From assembly GCF_006345805.1 (NCBI RefSeq), contig NC_042999.1:139872001-139936000 (forward strand): 64,000 bases of DNA, written 5' to 3'. Positions 38,800 through 50,994 of the stretch are shown piece by piece (position 1 is the stretch's first letter; every line of letters begins with the position of its first letter). Position numbers and translations under genes: made by a program. The DNA comes from Octopus sinensis. Taxonomy: Eukaryota. The notes beneath the pieces were generated by a model, which saw nothing but the letters and a program-made list of their open reading frames with translations, made no database searches and was not told the origin of the DNA.

Positions 38800-39327
38800 C
38801 AGAGAATTTCCTTCAGATAATTTTGGATCTGATGGATTTCTGCCGGACAGGACTATATTATCGTTTTTCGCTTTACGACTTACTAAATCCTGCCATTGCT
38901 CTGTAGGCTTTTCTGTGCTCAAAACAAATTGTGTGGTGGGTGAATTTTGAAAAGTTTGCAATGTCATTTTAGGGCACTGTATTGTGGGTATCGCTCCTGG
39001 CTTCAAGAACACGCGTGTGCGGCATCCGAATTTCTTCATTAAAACCCCTAGAGAATCATCGCTGGTGAAATGAAGAGAACATATGGCAGATGAAACACAT
39101 GGTGCCCAGTTTTTACGCCCAGTCTGAACGAAATTGATCCATTTGGACCTTAAAACGGGATCCTTCGGAAAGCGATGTAAACTGGTCCCGGATCCTGCAC
39201 TCGAAGACTGAATGGTATCACAAAATCTAACCACGCAATGTTGGGGCATTATTTCGATCGATCTGCTTATCTTCACGATAGATCCAAAACTATCTCTTTT
39301 CAAAAATATTTCAGTGAAAATTGCCAC
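38800..39327 (-). CDS. Phase 0-0 exon (528 nt) encoding a THAP zinc finger plus linker (THAP-B)
   Basis: Acceptor CTTCTTTTCTGTTTATGTAG|GTG. MPQHCVVRFC..LHRFPKD..W..ICSLHF..LKPGAIPTI. Donor CTG|GTAAGT. Confidence 0.85.
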
Positions 39328-39659
39328 CTACATAAACAGAAAAGAAGGTAAAGTTCCAGCCTGTCTCATTTATTATTTATTCACTGGGTGTTCACTTTTA
39401 TTAGCTATTTTACTCTCCGGAAAACAAAAAAAAATCAAATTCTCGTAGAACATTTTCACTTTTCTATCAGTATGGATATTTTCTAACGATACCATCCAGA
39501 TTTAACATTGACGTATGTATACGAATAAATGAGAGAGGGAGTGAGAGATAATATTTATGTCTGTGTAGGCGTCTGATAGAAATTGTGTTGGTGTGAGAGA
39601 ATACGCGGATGTATAAGAAGAAAAGCGTGGACCAAGAGATTGCACGCCTAAGTGCGAGC

Positions 39660-39705
<46 letters not shown>

Positions 39706-40282
39706 GGAAAATACGAAGGAAGAGTATTTTGTGTATGTAGTCGGCTATCTGTTAGTGTGAAAGTAAATATAAGAAATAAAAAGGCGTTGTTAACCAATTC
39801 ATTTCGTTTCAAGTCAACCTACATTACGAGTAACGATGCATAACAGGTTACTCCTTCTCTATCCCCCTCATACTTTTTCTATCAAACACATGTCACTGAC
39901 AAATAGCAGTTTTTCATTGAATGAAAACTGATAGAAATGTGACAACAGCAGAAACTACTTTACTAATTTTCAATAGCTTTTAAGGATAAACTATGTCAAA
40001 AATAAATGATCTACCTTGTTTTTATTGAGTAACAAATCATCTTCATTTATTACATTTTTCATAATTTCATTCAGTTTAACGATAACATTTTGCAAATCGC
40101 CTGCCATTTTCTTCTTTTTGTTTTGGTAACACGTGCTGCCACCTGATGAGTGTTACCATGTGATAACAATCATTCCGTAGCAACAATACAGTTATCTCCC
40201 TTTATTTATGCTTCCGAGGCTTCGGAATTCCCGATGACCAATTTTCGATTGTCTAACTTATGATATCACTATGGTGAACTAC

Positions 40283-40330
40283 CTTCTTGTGGCTCTGTCA
40301 CGAATTAAACTGACGTCATGGCAACAGTAT
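40283..40330 (-). promoter_or_regulatory. Putative promoter and short first exon for THAP-B
   Basis: TGACGTCA (40311-40318) overlaps the RFX-like CATGGCAAC (40317-40325). Candidate donor AAG|GTAGTT at 40283/40282. Confidence 0.4.
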
Positions 40331-40640
40331 AATGATATTTTTTCTCACACAGCGACAAGGTCACATACATTTTGAGAGACGAGGAAGGCGAAGTTCGATC
40401 TCGGAGGGATTTCAAATAACTGTCTGTGATATTTCGTTTTATAATCAGAAAATGAAAGTGGAAATACTGACACTAATCGGCAATGACTAGGCGGGTGTTT
40501 TGAACAGCAGAGCACACTTTCCCTCCCCACCATTTTTTAAATCAAAAATTTCTTCGGATTCTGTTTTCAACAATTTTTTTAAAAAAGAATTCTTAAAAAT
40601 CCTGAAACCGCTTTCCCGTTTAAAAAATCCAAAATAATAC

Positions 40641-42391
40641 GGTTAATATAGGGCGTTACGATTATCAGAAAATCAAAAAAAAAATGTGTGTAATAGGTGT
40701 AAAACAACTTCCTATGAACGAATATGAAAAAAAAAATGCGCTCTCGCGAAAGAGGGGTGGGGGAGAGGCCTTTATATCGGGAATTTCCGAAAGCGTCTGA
40801 ACCGGGCACAAAAACAAAAACAAAAACAGCGTAATAGGTGTAAAACAACTTGCTCTAAACGACTATGATGAAAAAAATGCGCGCTCGCGAAAGGGGGGTG
40901 GGGGAGAGGCTTCGGAAATTTCACATCTTCAGTCCACGGCCTTTAAACTAAGAAAAAATAGTGTAATTGGTGTAAAACTACTTGTTCTAAACGAGTATCA
41001 AGAACACACACTCACACATGAATCATAAACTCCGTATTTTTGTACATATTTCGCAAAAAAAAAATAAAATAAAGAGAAGAAATTCTGGAAAAAGTGAAGA
41101 AATGTTGGATCTCATTCCTTAGTTAAAGCTATTTTAAACATTAAATTTATGCTTTTCTTTGAAATAGTTCAGATATATGCAATTCTTCTCACTTATTAAG
41201 ATGCATTTATCAGAAAAAATTATTATTTTGTGTCAATCCTTCCCTAATTATCCTTTATTAATTAGTTTTGGCGTGTATTTTTTTCCCAAATTTATTTTTT
41301 CACCTTTACAACACTGTTTAGTAAAGCAATTAATTATCTTTATAATTTGCATATTTGACTTATTAATCAAAATTCTCTCGATGTAATATATACTAAGTAA
41401 TGCATCCTTCATTTATGTGTTGCGTTCTGTATTATGCATGCGTGACTGTTTGTATGTAAGTGTGTTTAACTGTGCACATGAATGTGAATATTAAAGAACA
41501 TATTTATTTACTATGATTGTTATTTTCAGAACATATTTATTTACTATGATTGTTATTTTCAGAACAAATAAGTCTTTTGGCTGTTATGTTATTGATGTTA
41601 TTATTATTGCTAGTTAAAGGGTGGTGACTTGGCTGAATATTTTGAGTCTTGTAGTATGTAGTTGTGTTAGTCAATATTCTGAGTTCAAATCCAACTCATT
41701 TCTTTATCATCATTATCGATGGACCACTCAAAGAGGTATGTATACATTATCATTTTCGTAACATAATTTCTGTAGTATTTCAAGATGTTTCTGACACGTA
41801 TTTTGATTCACATGGCGGAGATCCAACATTTCTTCACTTTTTCCAGAATTTCTTCTCTTTATTTATTTTTTTTGCGAAATATGATTTTATGATTCATGTG
41901 TGAGTGTGTGTTCTTGATACTCGTTGAGAACAAGTAGTTTTACACCAATTACACTATTTTTTCTTAGTTTAAAGGCCGTGGACTGAAGATGTGAAATTTC
42001 CGAAGCCTCTCCCCCACCCCCCTTTCGCGAGCGCGCATTTTTTTCATCATAGTCGTTTAGAGCAAGTTGTTTTACACCTATTACGCTGTTTTTGTTTTTG
42101 TTTTTGTGCCCGGTTCAGACGCTTTCGGAAATTCCCGATATAAATTTTCCGAGGCCTCTCCCCCACCCCTCTTTCGCGAGAGCGCATTTTTTTTTTCATA
42201 TTCGTTTAGAGCAAGTTGTTTTACACATATTACACTTTTTTTTTTTTGTTTTGGTGCCCGAGGCCTCTCCCCCACCCCCCTTTCGCGTGCGCGAATTTTT
42301 TTTTTCATATTCGTTCATAGGAAGTTGTTTTACACCTATTACACACATTTTTTTTTTGATTTTCTGATAATCGTAACGCCCTATATTAACC
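40641..42391. mobile_element. Foldback (MULE-like) element with ~470-570-bp modular TIRs and an 8-bp TSD
   Basis: Termini GGTTAATATAGGGCGTTACG and CGTAACGCCCTATATTAACC. TSD AATAATAC at 40633-40640 and 42392-42399. Arms span 40641-41113 and 41819-42391. Confidence 0.9.
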
Positions 42392-42771
42392 AATAATACT
42401 TTGTCTTGGTTTTAAAAATACAAAGATTATGATTCTGCAAAAAAAAAAAAAAAAAACTTTTTTTGTAAAATCTGAATTTCTTAAGGACGATTGCTTACGA
42501 TAATTTTCCACTTTCATTACGTTATAAAACGAAAGAATACAAAGGCTGTATATAGGGAGAGTCATTATGCCAATATTATTAACACACACACACACACTGG
42601 TTTAATTCCACTCCTTTATAATTCATCAGTTAAATATCCAACTAATTGATTGTTTGTTTAATTTGGCTAAACAGTAAGTCATTTGTTTTGTTTTCGTTTG
42701 TCAAAGTTCTTTCGTTGCTGCTTGCAGTAACTTTTGACTTAGTTTGTTACAGAGGCAGCATTTGTCGGTGG

Positions 42772-42852
42772 AGGTAAAGAATACGTACACCACCGGTTTT
42801 CGGCGTAACGAAAACCCTAAACCTAACCACCGTGTGTACGTATTCTTTACCT
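42772..42852. mobile_element. 81-bp hairpin mini-element
   Basis: 19-bp inverted repeat AGGTAAAGAATACGTACAC / GTGTACGTATTCTTTACCT with a loop containing AACCCTAAACCTAACC. Confidence 0.7.
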
Positions 42853-45800
42853 TCGCTGCATTTGTCTGCTTGAGATCTTGTTGCATGTGTGTGCGTATGT
42901 GTGTATGTATGTGTTTGTGCGCGTGCGTGCATGCTTCAGTGTGTCTATGCATGGTCATGTCTCTGTCTCCTAGTGTACTTCTGTGTGTGTGTATGTACGA
43001 CTCTGTCCGTACTACCTATGAATGTGAATATGGTTACCATAATCTTCTCTGAATGCAACAGCATAATTAACAAAGTGTGATTTAAAAGAGCCTCAACACT
43101 TCTTATGAACCACTCCAACTCTATTCAGCCTATATTTCCACAATGATCACTGGAAATCAGTTAAAGATAATTTGGTTCAAAATTCTCTGTATTTTTTATC
43201 TTTTACTTCAGTCATTAGAATGTGGCCATGCTTAGACACCACCCTGGAGAATTTTTAGTCAAATGAATCGACCTCAAGACTTATTTTAAGTCTGGTACTT
43301 ATTCTATCAATCTCTTTTTGTCAAACCGCTAAACTACGGGGATGTAAACATTAGCACTGGTTGTCAAGCAGAGGGAGGGACAAACACAGACACAAAGATA
43401 CACACACACACACACACACCCGATGGGCTTCTTTCAGTTTCCCTTTACCAAATCCACTTACAAGGCTTTGGTCAGCCTGAGGCTATAGTAGAAGACACCT
43501 GCCCAAGGTGCCATGCAGTGAGACTGAACCTGGAACCATGTGGTTGGGAAGTAAGCTTCTTAATACATAGCCACACCTGCATGACATTGATATGAAAATA
43601 TATTAAATCATGTCAAGTTATAACTTAAATATTTTCCAAAAAGGAAGATCCACATTACAGGAAAAAAACAAAATCAGTGACAGGACTATTCTCATCAGTT
43701 GAAGAACAAAGATTTCTAATTAATTAAATGTACAAACCACTCACACTTAGAAATGTCACTCACAGGCTTTGAACATGAAATAAAATGCCAGCTCTCAAAG
43801 CAGGCAGAAACAATTGTTAAACAATCATTCCCTTGGATATCATACCTTCCCCAGTGACCACCAGTATGGCATCCATAAAGCAATCTATTAGACACTCTCA
43901 TATGCCATTCACTAGTGGCTCTTCATTTTCAACGAAAGTAATGTTATTACATTTTAGATCAGTAAACCTTTGGCTCACTAAGTTAAGTTGCTTGCCTATG
44001 GTCTACGACGAGCTGGCAGAAACGTTAGCACACGGGCGAAATGCTTAGCAGTATTTCGTCTGTCGTTACGTTCTGAGTTCAAATTCCGCCAAGGTCGACT
44101 TTGCCTTTCATCCTCTCGGGGTCGATAAATAAAGTACCAGTTTCACACTGGGTCGATGTAATTGACTTAATCCCTTTGTCTGTCCTTGTTTGTCCCCTCT
44201 ATGTTTAGCCCCTTGTGGGTAGTAAAGAAATACATGGTCTACATTCATATATCATTTCTCAAAACAGAAGGTTCTTGTTAGACTGTACCATTGGAGCATG
44301 TATCAAAAGGCTCTCTCTCTCTCTCTCTGTTCCCCACTCTAATGACCCTGGCATACCTCAAGATTTGATAATATCTTCTATAAAAATCTGTCTGTACATT
44401 AATTTGAGGACAATACAGACTGTCCCATTGACCAATATATGCTCCTCACAGATGATAGCTTTCACACATAGACGTCATCCATAGAAACTAAACACATGCT
44501 AGAAACACACTAACTCCAAGGATAGGAAACACCAAGAACATTTTTCAATGGGCATTTTCCAAAAATGTTTACAGGGACTATATTTATACAGTCTCTGTAA
44601 ATATATAAAAACACAATCACTACATATAACACAGAGAGAGACTTACATTACTCTCTATCGTCGAAGGTGTGACCTTAATGGTCACAACAAATACTAAGGA
44701 TCAAAATCTCTAATAGTTTATCATGACAAGCTAAAATATAGTTGCCTAAACAGTATCAGAAAGACCAAGATTTCATTTCAGATGAGGAAATACTTCAATA
44801 TTGTTCAGTTGCTGACCTTACTAAGTGGAAGAAAGACTCATCATAATCATTGTTGTCATTGTCACCATCATCATCGTTTTGATGTCTACTTTTCCATACT
44901 TGCATGGTTCAGATGAAGTAGATTTTCTATGGCTGGATACACTTTCTGTCACCAACATGCACTTGTTTTAAAAAGCAAAGTAATATTTTCCCATGGTCAG
45001 ACATGTTTTCACACAAGACAGGAAACAAACAACACTGCTTATATTGACAAAGATGCTCATTTACAGGGACACACACATATAAAACCTACTTAATCTATAA
45101 GCATTTATCTGACAAAATATATAGCAGCAGAGAAGGATGTACTGAATGTTTAATTCTTGTGAGAGATGCAGCACTGAGGATGAATGAAGCCAGCTCAACC
45201 CACCCCGGGTGAATGCTGTCTCAAGACAAGACAAAAGGATGGAGAAAGATCAGAGAGCTTTTACCTCTGTTAGATGATTCCAATTAGGCACATATACTGT
45301 ATACTTTTAATCATTTCAGAAATATATGGTTAGTTTAATTTCAACTAGAGGAATTGGAAGCAAAAGTTTTGTATACTGCTTACTCTTTCACTGTATAATG
45401 CTTCAGCCTTTATTAATTCATAATTTAAATGAATATTTTGTCGAGCATTTTAGTGGAAGTTATCATTCATCTTCATTTACTGTCCATTGTCCATGTTGGC
45501 ATGGGTTGGATGGTTTGACCAGGTCTGGTAAACCGAGGGGCTGCATCTGACACAAGTCTGATTTGGCATGGTTTCTATAGCTGGATGCTCATCCTAATGC
45601 CAACCACTACAAGAGTGTAGTGGGTGATTTTACATGACATCAGCACGGGTGCTAGTTGCGTGGCACCAGTATCATCCAGTAGAGTATATGTGAGTTTTAT
45701 TAACAAGTATGTGTGTGTGTTACTTGCTCATTGAATTAACATGTCAGTGGCTGAGTATTCCACAGATACAAGTACCCTTAACTTAATTTGGAGGCAGAAT

Positions 45801-46370
45801 CAGCATGACACTGTATGTGACAATATTATTTCTATATTCTGAATTGATCCACTCAATGGGTTCTATATAATTTTTGTCTACCCAATTTTATTCACAAAGT
45901 GTGGGTCAACATATGTCTCAGATTCCATGCAATGGGATTGAACTAAGGATCTTATGACTGAGAAACAAACTTCTTAACCAATTAGACATCTCTCTCTCTC
46001 TTATATATATATTCAAATAAGTAAAACACAATATCATGAATAGCGATAGCGAAACCAGTCGATATATTAAAATTATATTAAAACTATGTAAGTGTGCGTA
46101 TTTTCCTTTTTTAATTTCTTATATATATATAGGAAAATTTTATTAGAAATATCCATTTTTCAGGAATTTATGAGGAAACAAAGTGGGTGGGGGCTACACT
46201 TCTGTAGATATGTCGGAAAAGCCCCTCCCCTTTTTTAAAGCATATTGAAGAAGCAGAGATCAAGTTTTAAAAATTCACGCTTAATCAAACAAACAAATGC
46301 CAAGAAATCTGAGACTATTCTATGGAATTTGTCCAAATTCTATAACAAAAGTAAAGACAACAGTATAGAC

Positions 46371-46589
46371 CAGGGCTCCCAAACTACGGTCCACGGGGTC
46401 AGTTCATCCATGCTTGGAACATCTTATATCTGTGAGCAAACATTTTCAAAAATGAAGTATGTGAAGTCAGCACATGGAACGAGGTTGACTGATGAAAATT
46501 TGAAAGCAATTCTCTTGGTTGGATGCAGCAATTCCAAAGCAAATATTGATATCTTAAAAGCTAAATACCATTTTCACAAATCTTATTAA
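46371..46589 (+). mobile_element. Non-autonomous hAT fragment: TIR fused to the dimerisation-domain coding end
   Basis: CAGGGCTCCCAAACTACGGTCCACGGG terminus followed by SMLGTSYICEQTFSKMKYVKSAHGTRLTDENL. Confidence 0.8.
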
Positions 46590-48468
46590 CGTTTTTTGCT
46601 GCTTAGTTTGTGAGATTCGGATATGTGCGCACTGGGTGTGATAAACTATCTCATTGCTAACGCCACCTTCTTTGATAACTTTTTGGTAAATATGTTGGTT
46701 GTCTTTATTTGTTGGGTATTCAATGTATTGTATTAAACAAAACGGTTGTTCGGCTCGCTCTCATCATTCTCTTAGTTATCTGGCCAGCTTTGAAAGAACT
46801 TTCATGACCCCTTCCTGGTATAGACGAATGGGGAAGGCGCAAGAAATGAAGAGAACCAAATACACGGTGAAGGACTGCAGCAATATTGGGGTGTTTGCCA
46901 GTGGTGGTTGGCAGTCAAGGATACCTATGGAATTCTGTGCATTTAATAATTACAGGAGTGAACAGAAGAGCTATCAAGAACAACTGGTCCACTGATCGGT
47001 GGGGTTTGTAGGAGGTCGCTTGGATACTGGGCTGGGCTTGATCAACCTCGATAGGGTTGCCTGGATGAGGATGTATGCTGTATGAAACCCAAAACACCCA
47101 ATGACTCCAGCAAACAACACTGACGATGTGTCCATGCATTGCATCTATAAATGTATGTTGAACAGAATTTGTCAAAATATAACTTAGGTTTCGGCCAGTT
47201 TAGGCTCAGGCTATGTCTAACTTAAAAGCACCGCCAATAGAAGACAACACATGTAGAATTTATTTGTGTGTGTGTATGAAAGAGAGAGGGAAAGATTAAA
47301 TACATTTTTTTAATTATTTATATTCTTACACACATGGATAAATTATCAATGCAGCGAATCTTTGAAAAGTAAAACTGTCTAAACTTTTTCCACGTCTTTG
47401 TTGTTATTCGAAGAGACCTATGATCAAAAACGTTCCAGCTACGACCATCCCGTATTTTATTCAGATTTAATGTATCTAGAACCATGTTATCTGTCCTTCT
47501 TTTAGGACAGTAGAATTGGGGTTTAATGAGGGAGATGTGGTTGCGCCTTCTAGCTAGTCTAGTAAACAAAAAACTTTCTCGTTGGATCTTTGTTTACTAT
47601 CATACCAAACTTGAGGAGCTCTTGATTTAATCCTGTACTCGTTTGATTGTTCTGGGTTTTGTTAGCGCGAGGGGCTCTCTGCAGTTGCTCGAACTGCTAT
47701 GAATAACAGCCAAATCTCTCTTAAATCATCCTACAGTCTTAACAAAGGAAAGGTATTAGATTGCATAGCTTAGCTTACGTACTCATAAAAAGATACGGTG
47801 GTGGCGAGTAGAAAAATATTAGTTACAGACCTATTCAATCAAAGACGATTTGGGGCTGAACAACTACTTTCGGTTACTTTTTTCACGGCCCTTAAGTTGT
47901 TAATATCGAAATAAGCGCAGTTTTCATAACATTTCGCTTTTTTCCCCAGTGACTAGTAGCATGTTATCAGTTTCTTTTTATTTTTCATTTTCACATCTTT
48001 CCTCTTATCAAGGTACATGTATTGCACAATTAATGCAATAAAATAATGAATGTCGATTGCGCAGTGTTCTAGGTAAAATGCATGAAAAAAAACTATTCAC
48101 TGCTTATTGTCAACTACTAATTAGAATTTTTGAAAGCAACTTCCGTATCCTACACCGTCCCGGTTATTAGCAGACAGTCAGCAGTAAGATCGTTTTTACG
48201 TGTACTTTTAATCGAGAGCAGTCTATCAATACTTGACAAAAATAACTGTCACTAGTTACAATGCGGAGATGCGCGAACAAAAATTTCTTCATAATATTTA
48301 AAAAAAATCTTTTGAAACAGAATTTATGTCCGCGAAATCGGTGTCGAGAAAAAGAGTAATTGATGAATTATGGGCCGCCAGATTTAAATCGAGTTATTCA
48401 GTTGACGAGATTCATTCACTAAACACATGTAAACAAACGCTTTCACATACACACGTGAATATACTTAC

Positions 48469-48873
48469 TTTGTTCGTGTTTCTTTGTCTTATACATCCAG
48501 GAGTATTTGTGATAGCCAGTATTTCTGGAACAGATATTGTTGAAATGGGACTGTTTATTGCGACAGATAATCTTGTTGCATGTGATTCCATCGCTCGTAT
48601 CATCTCTCCTTCCGCTCTAAACTTATTACTTTTCTCAATGTTCGTCGAATCTTCAGTGTGGTTGTGAGTCTTGTGCAATTTTGTTATTGTGTTGTTACAG
48701 ATGTGCAACCTTGCTTTGCAACGCAACGATTTTTTTCTGTAACATGAGTAAAAGCGTGTGTCTTCATCTGTTTTACTCATTTTTTCATAATTGAAAATAT
48801 ATCCTTCGTACATCACTTTGTCGTGACCGTCTGTTACAGGAATCCATATACCGTTATATGGGTTTTGCTCCAT
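48469..48873 (-). CDS. Exon encoding a FLYWCH/WRKY-GCM1-type zinc finger of MULE origin
   Basis: YEGYIFNY..FYSC..C KARLHI..HNH, 135 uninterrupted codons, then phase-0 donor AAA|GTAAGT. Confidence 0.82.
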
Positions 48874-49099
48874 TCTGGAAGCCCTGTTTATTTCCTAGGC
48901 CGCTTGTAACCAAACGAAGTAACCGAATCTTTAAAATGACAGCTTGAAATTAAGAGTAAATTTTAAAGTTCTAAAAAAATTAAATACATTATTCTGATGA
49001 AATGGATAAAATTGATACTGAAATCAATCGTATCCTGTTTGAAAAAAATTCCGTTCTTTCTGTGCAAGTCGTGAATACAGTTACAGAGTGTAAAATTAT

Positions 49100-49160
49100 G
49101 ATGACTTAATCCAAAAAATGGCGCCGGAAATTTATTTCATCGACTGAAATATGGCGACAG
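49100..49160. promoter_or_regulatory. YY1/ETS-like promoter motifs upstream of the FLYWCH exon
   Basis: AAAATGGCG (49115-49123) abuts CCGGAA (49124-49129); a second AATATGGCG lies at 49148-49156. Confidence 0.45.
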
Positions 49161-49451
49161 AGAAATAGCATCAAATTCGTGTACGTGTATGTATTAACAT
49201 ATATTTTGACATTCCAAACTGATGATTCACTCTAAGACTACTCCGAGTTTCCGCGTGCATGCGTTCATTCAGTCTTAACAACATACCCCTTTAAGAAACG
49301 AACACTGATACTTCTAAATCTAACCCTAAATGTCTCATCTGAACGAACGCATACAAATGAGAAATGCTGAGTAGCAACTAAATGAATAAACAGCTTTGAA
49401 TGAATGAAAAAAATAAACATATATTAAAAGTTGAAGGGTGTCTTGTATATA

Positions 49452-50326
49452 CAGTGCCTCCTCATTGAAGCAAACTAAGGTGGGGGGAGGATGTCCGTTT
49501 TAGTCAACTGTCCGAATTAACCGATGGTAGAATTTAATATTGTATACGTACATGATATTGGAAGTATATGCAACATTTGAGTACATACTGTAAAAATATA
49601 TAACTATGCAAGTATAAATTCTGTTTTTAAAATTATTTAACATTAATACATAAAATTAAAAAAAAAGTTCATACCGTAAGTTCCCCGGTTGATGGGCTAC
49701 CTGCTTCTCCAGTGGTAATTTTATTACACATTCCATGGCGATTTCTAAATCGCCATAACCACCCATCACTAGCTACAAAATTGTCGATGCCCATGTCCCT
49801 AGCTAACTTGACAGCAGCACTTTGAATTTCCACACCACGGATGTTATTACCACAAGATCGTTGATGGATAAACCACTTCGTTACAGCTTCCTCAAGATTT
49901 GTATCTTTTGCAACTCTCATACGCTTCCTTGCACCAACAGATAGTTTAGAATTTGCAGCAACATTATATTTCAAAGAAAATGTAGTAAGTTTGTCCTTAG
50001 CTTTGCGTATACCTGAAACTGTCTGTTTTTTAATACCATATTGAGCACAAATACTCGTCACCGAAGCACCAGCCTCTAACTTCTTTATAAGTTCCAGTTT
50101 CTGGATCACAGATAGAGTAACATGCTTTTTCTTTGGCTTCTTACTTTCTCTTGTAGCCATCGTGTATATTACGAGTCTGAAAGTTATCTAATTCCAGAAA
50201 TGCGAAAGGAAATTGCAAAGAGAAACATTACCAGTGAAATGGCAGTGAAAATCAACATTGTCAGTCTCTCGCTTAAATCAGATTTCGACCGGTTTATCCG
50301 ATATCTGATTTTAACGAATGCATGTA
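49452..50326 (-). mobile_element. Eroded Tigger/pogo deletion derivative that hosts the HTH exon
   Basis: TA-CAGTG.. left terminus with Tigger-like subterminal GTCCGAATTAACCGA. The right terminus is degenerate. No DDE coding sequence. Confidence 0.55.
49675..50160 (-). CDS. Exon encoding CENP-B N-terminal HTH plus Tc5-type HTH (Tigger/Jerky-like DNA-binding region)
   Basis: LSVIQKLELI..YGIKKQTVSGI..LEEAVTKWF..FVASDGWLWRFRNRH, 162 codons. Donor ACG|GTATGA is phase 0. Acceptor ..ACTTTCAG| at 50177/50176. Confidence 0.82.
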
Positions 50327-50396
50327 TATACGTGTGTGTGTGTGTGTGTCTCTAAATATGCATCTTTAAGATTTACGTTAATATATATAAATATAT

Positions 50397-50900
50397 ATCA
50401 TCACCTTCATTTAACGTCCGTTTTCCATGCTGGCATGGGTTGAATGGTTTGACTGGTAAGCTGGGGAGCTGCACCAGGTTCCAGTCTGATTTGGCACGGT
50501 TTCTGTGGCTGGATGCCCTTCCTAACGCCAACCACTCCAAGAGTGTAGTCGGTACTTGTTATGCGACACTGGCATTGGCCACACTTATGATTTCACTTGG
50601 CTTGATGGTCTCCTCATATCGCCAAAGGTCTTGGTCACTTGTCATTGCCTCTGTGAGGCCCAATGTTTGATGGTCATGCTTCACCACCTTGTCCCATGTC
50701 TTCCTGGGTCTATCTCCTCCACACATTCCCTCCACTGTTAGAGTTTGGTACATTTTCACACAGCTGGCCTCATCCGTGCACGTCACATGACCATACCAAT
50801 GCAGTCGTCTCTCTTGCACACCACATCTGATGCATCTTATGCCCAACTTTTCTCTCAAGACACTGTTGTGCATTCACACTGACATTACACATCCAGCTTC
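50397..50900 (-). mobile_element. RTE 3' end fragment
   Basis: LREKLGIRCIRCGVQERRLHWYGHV..GDRPRKTWDKVV, a truncated 3'UTR and a tail near 50400. Confidence 0.88.
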
Positions 50901-50994
50901 ATTTCTTTCAAATCTGCAATCAATTTTACATCTGACACGTGACACACTGTACACCAGTACAGGTAAATACTCTTTTGAAAGAGAGAGTGTGCAT

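Noticed and set aside
40579-42396. Similar ORFs on opposite strands (40579-40848 minus, 42067-42396 plus)
   Set aside because: They are by-products of the foldback arms.
46699-47175. ORFs on both strands next to the hAT fragment
   Set aside because: No recognisable domain; probably an unclassified repeat.
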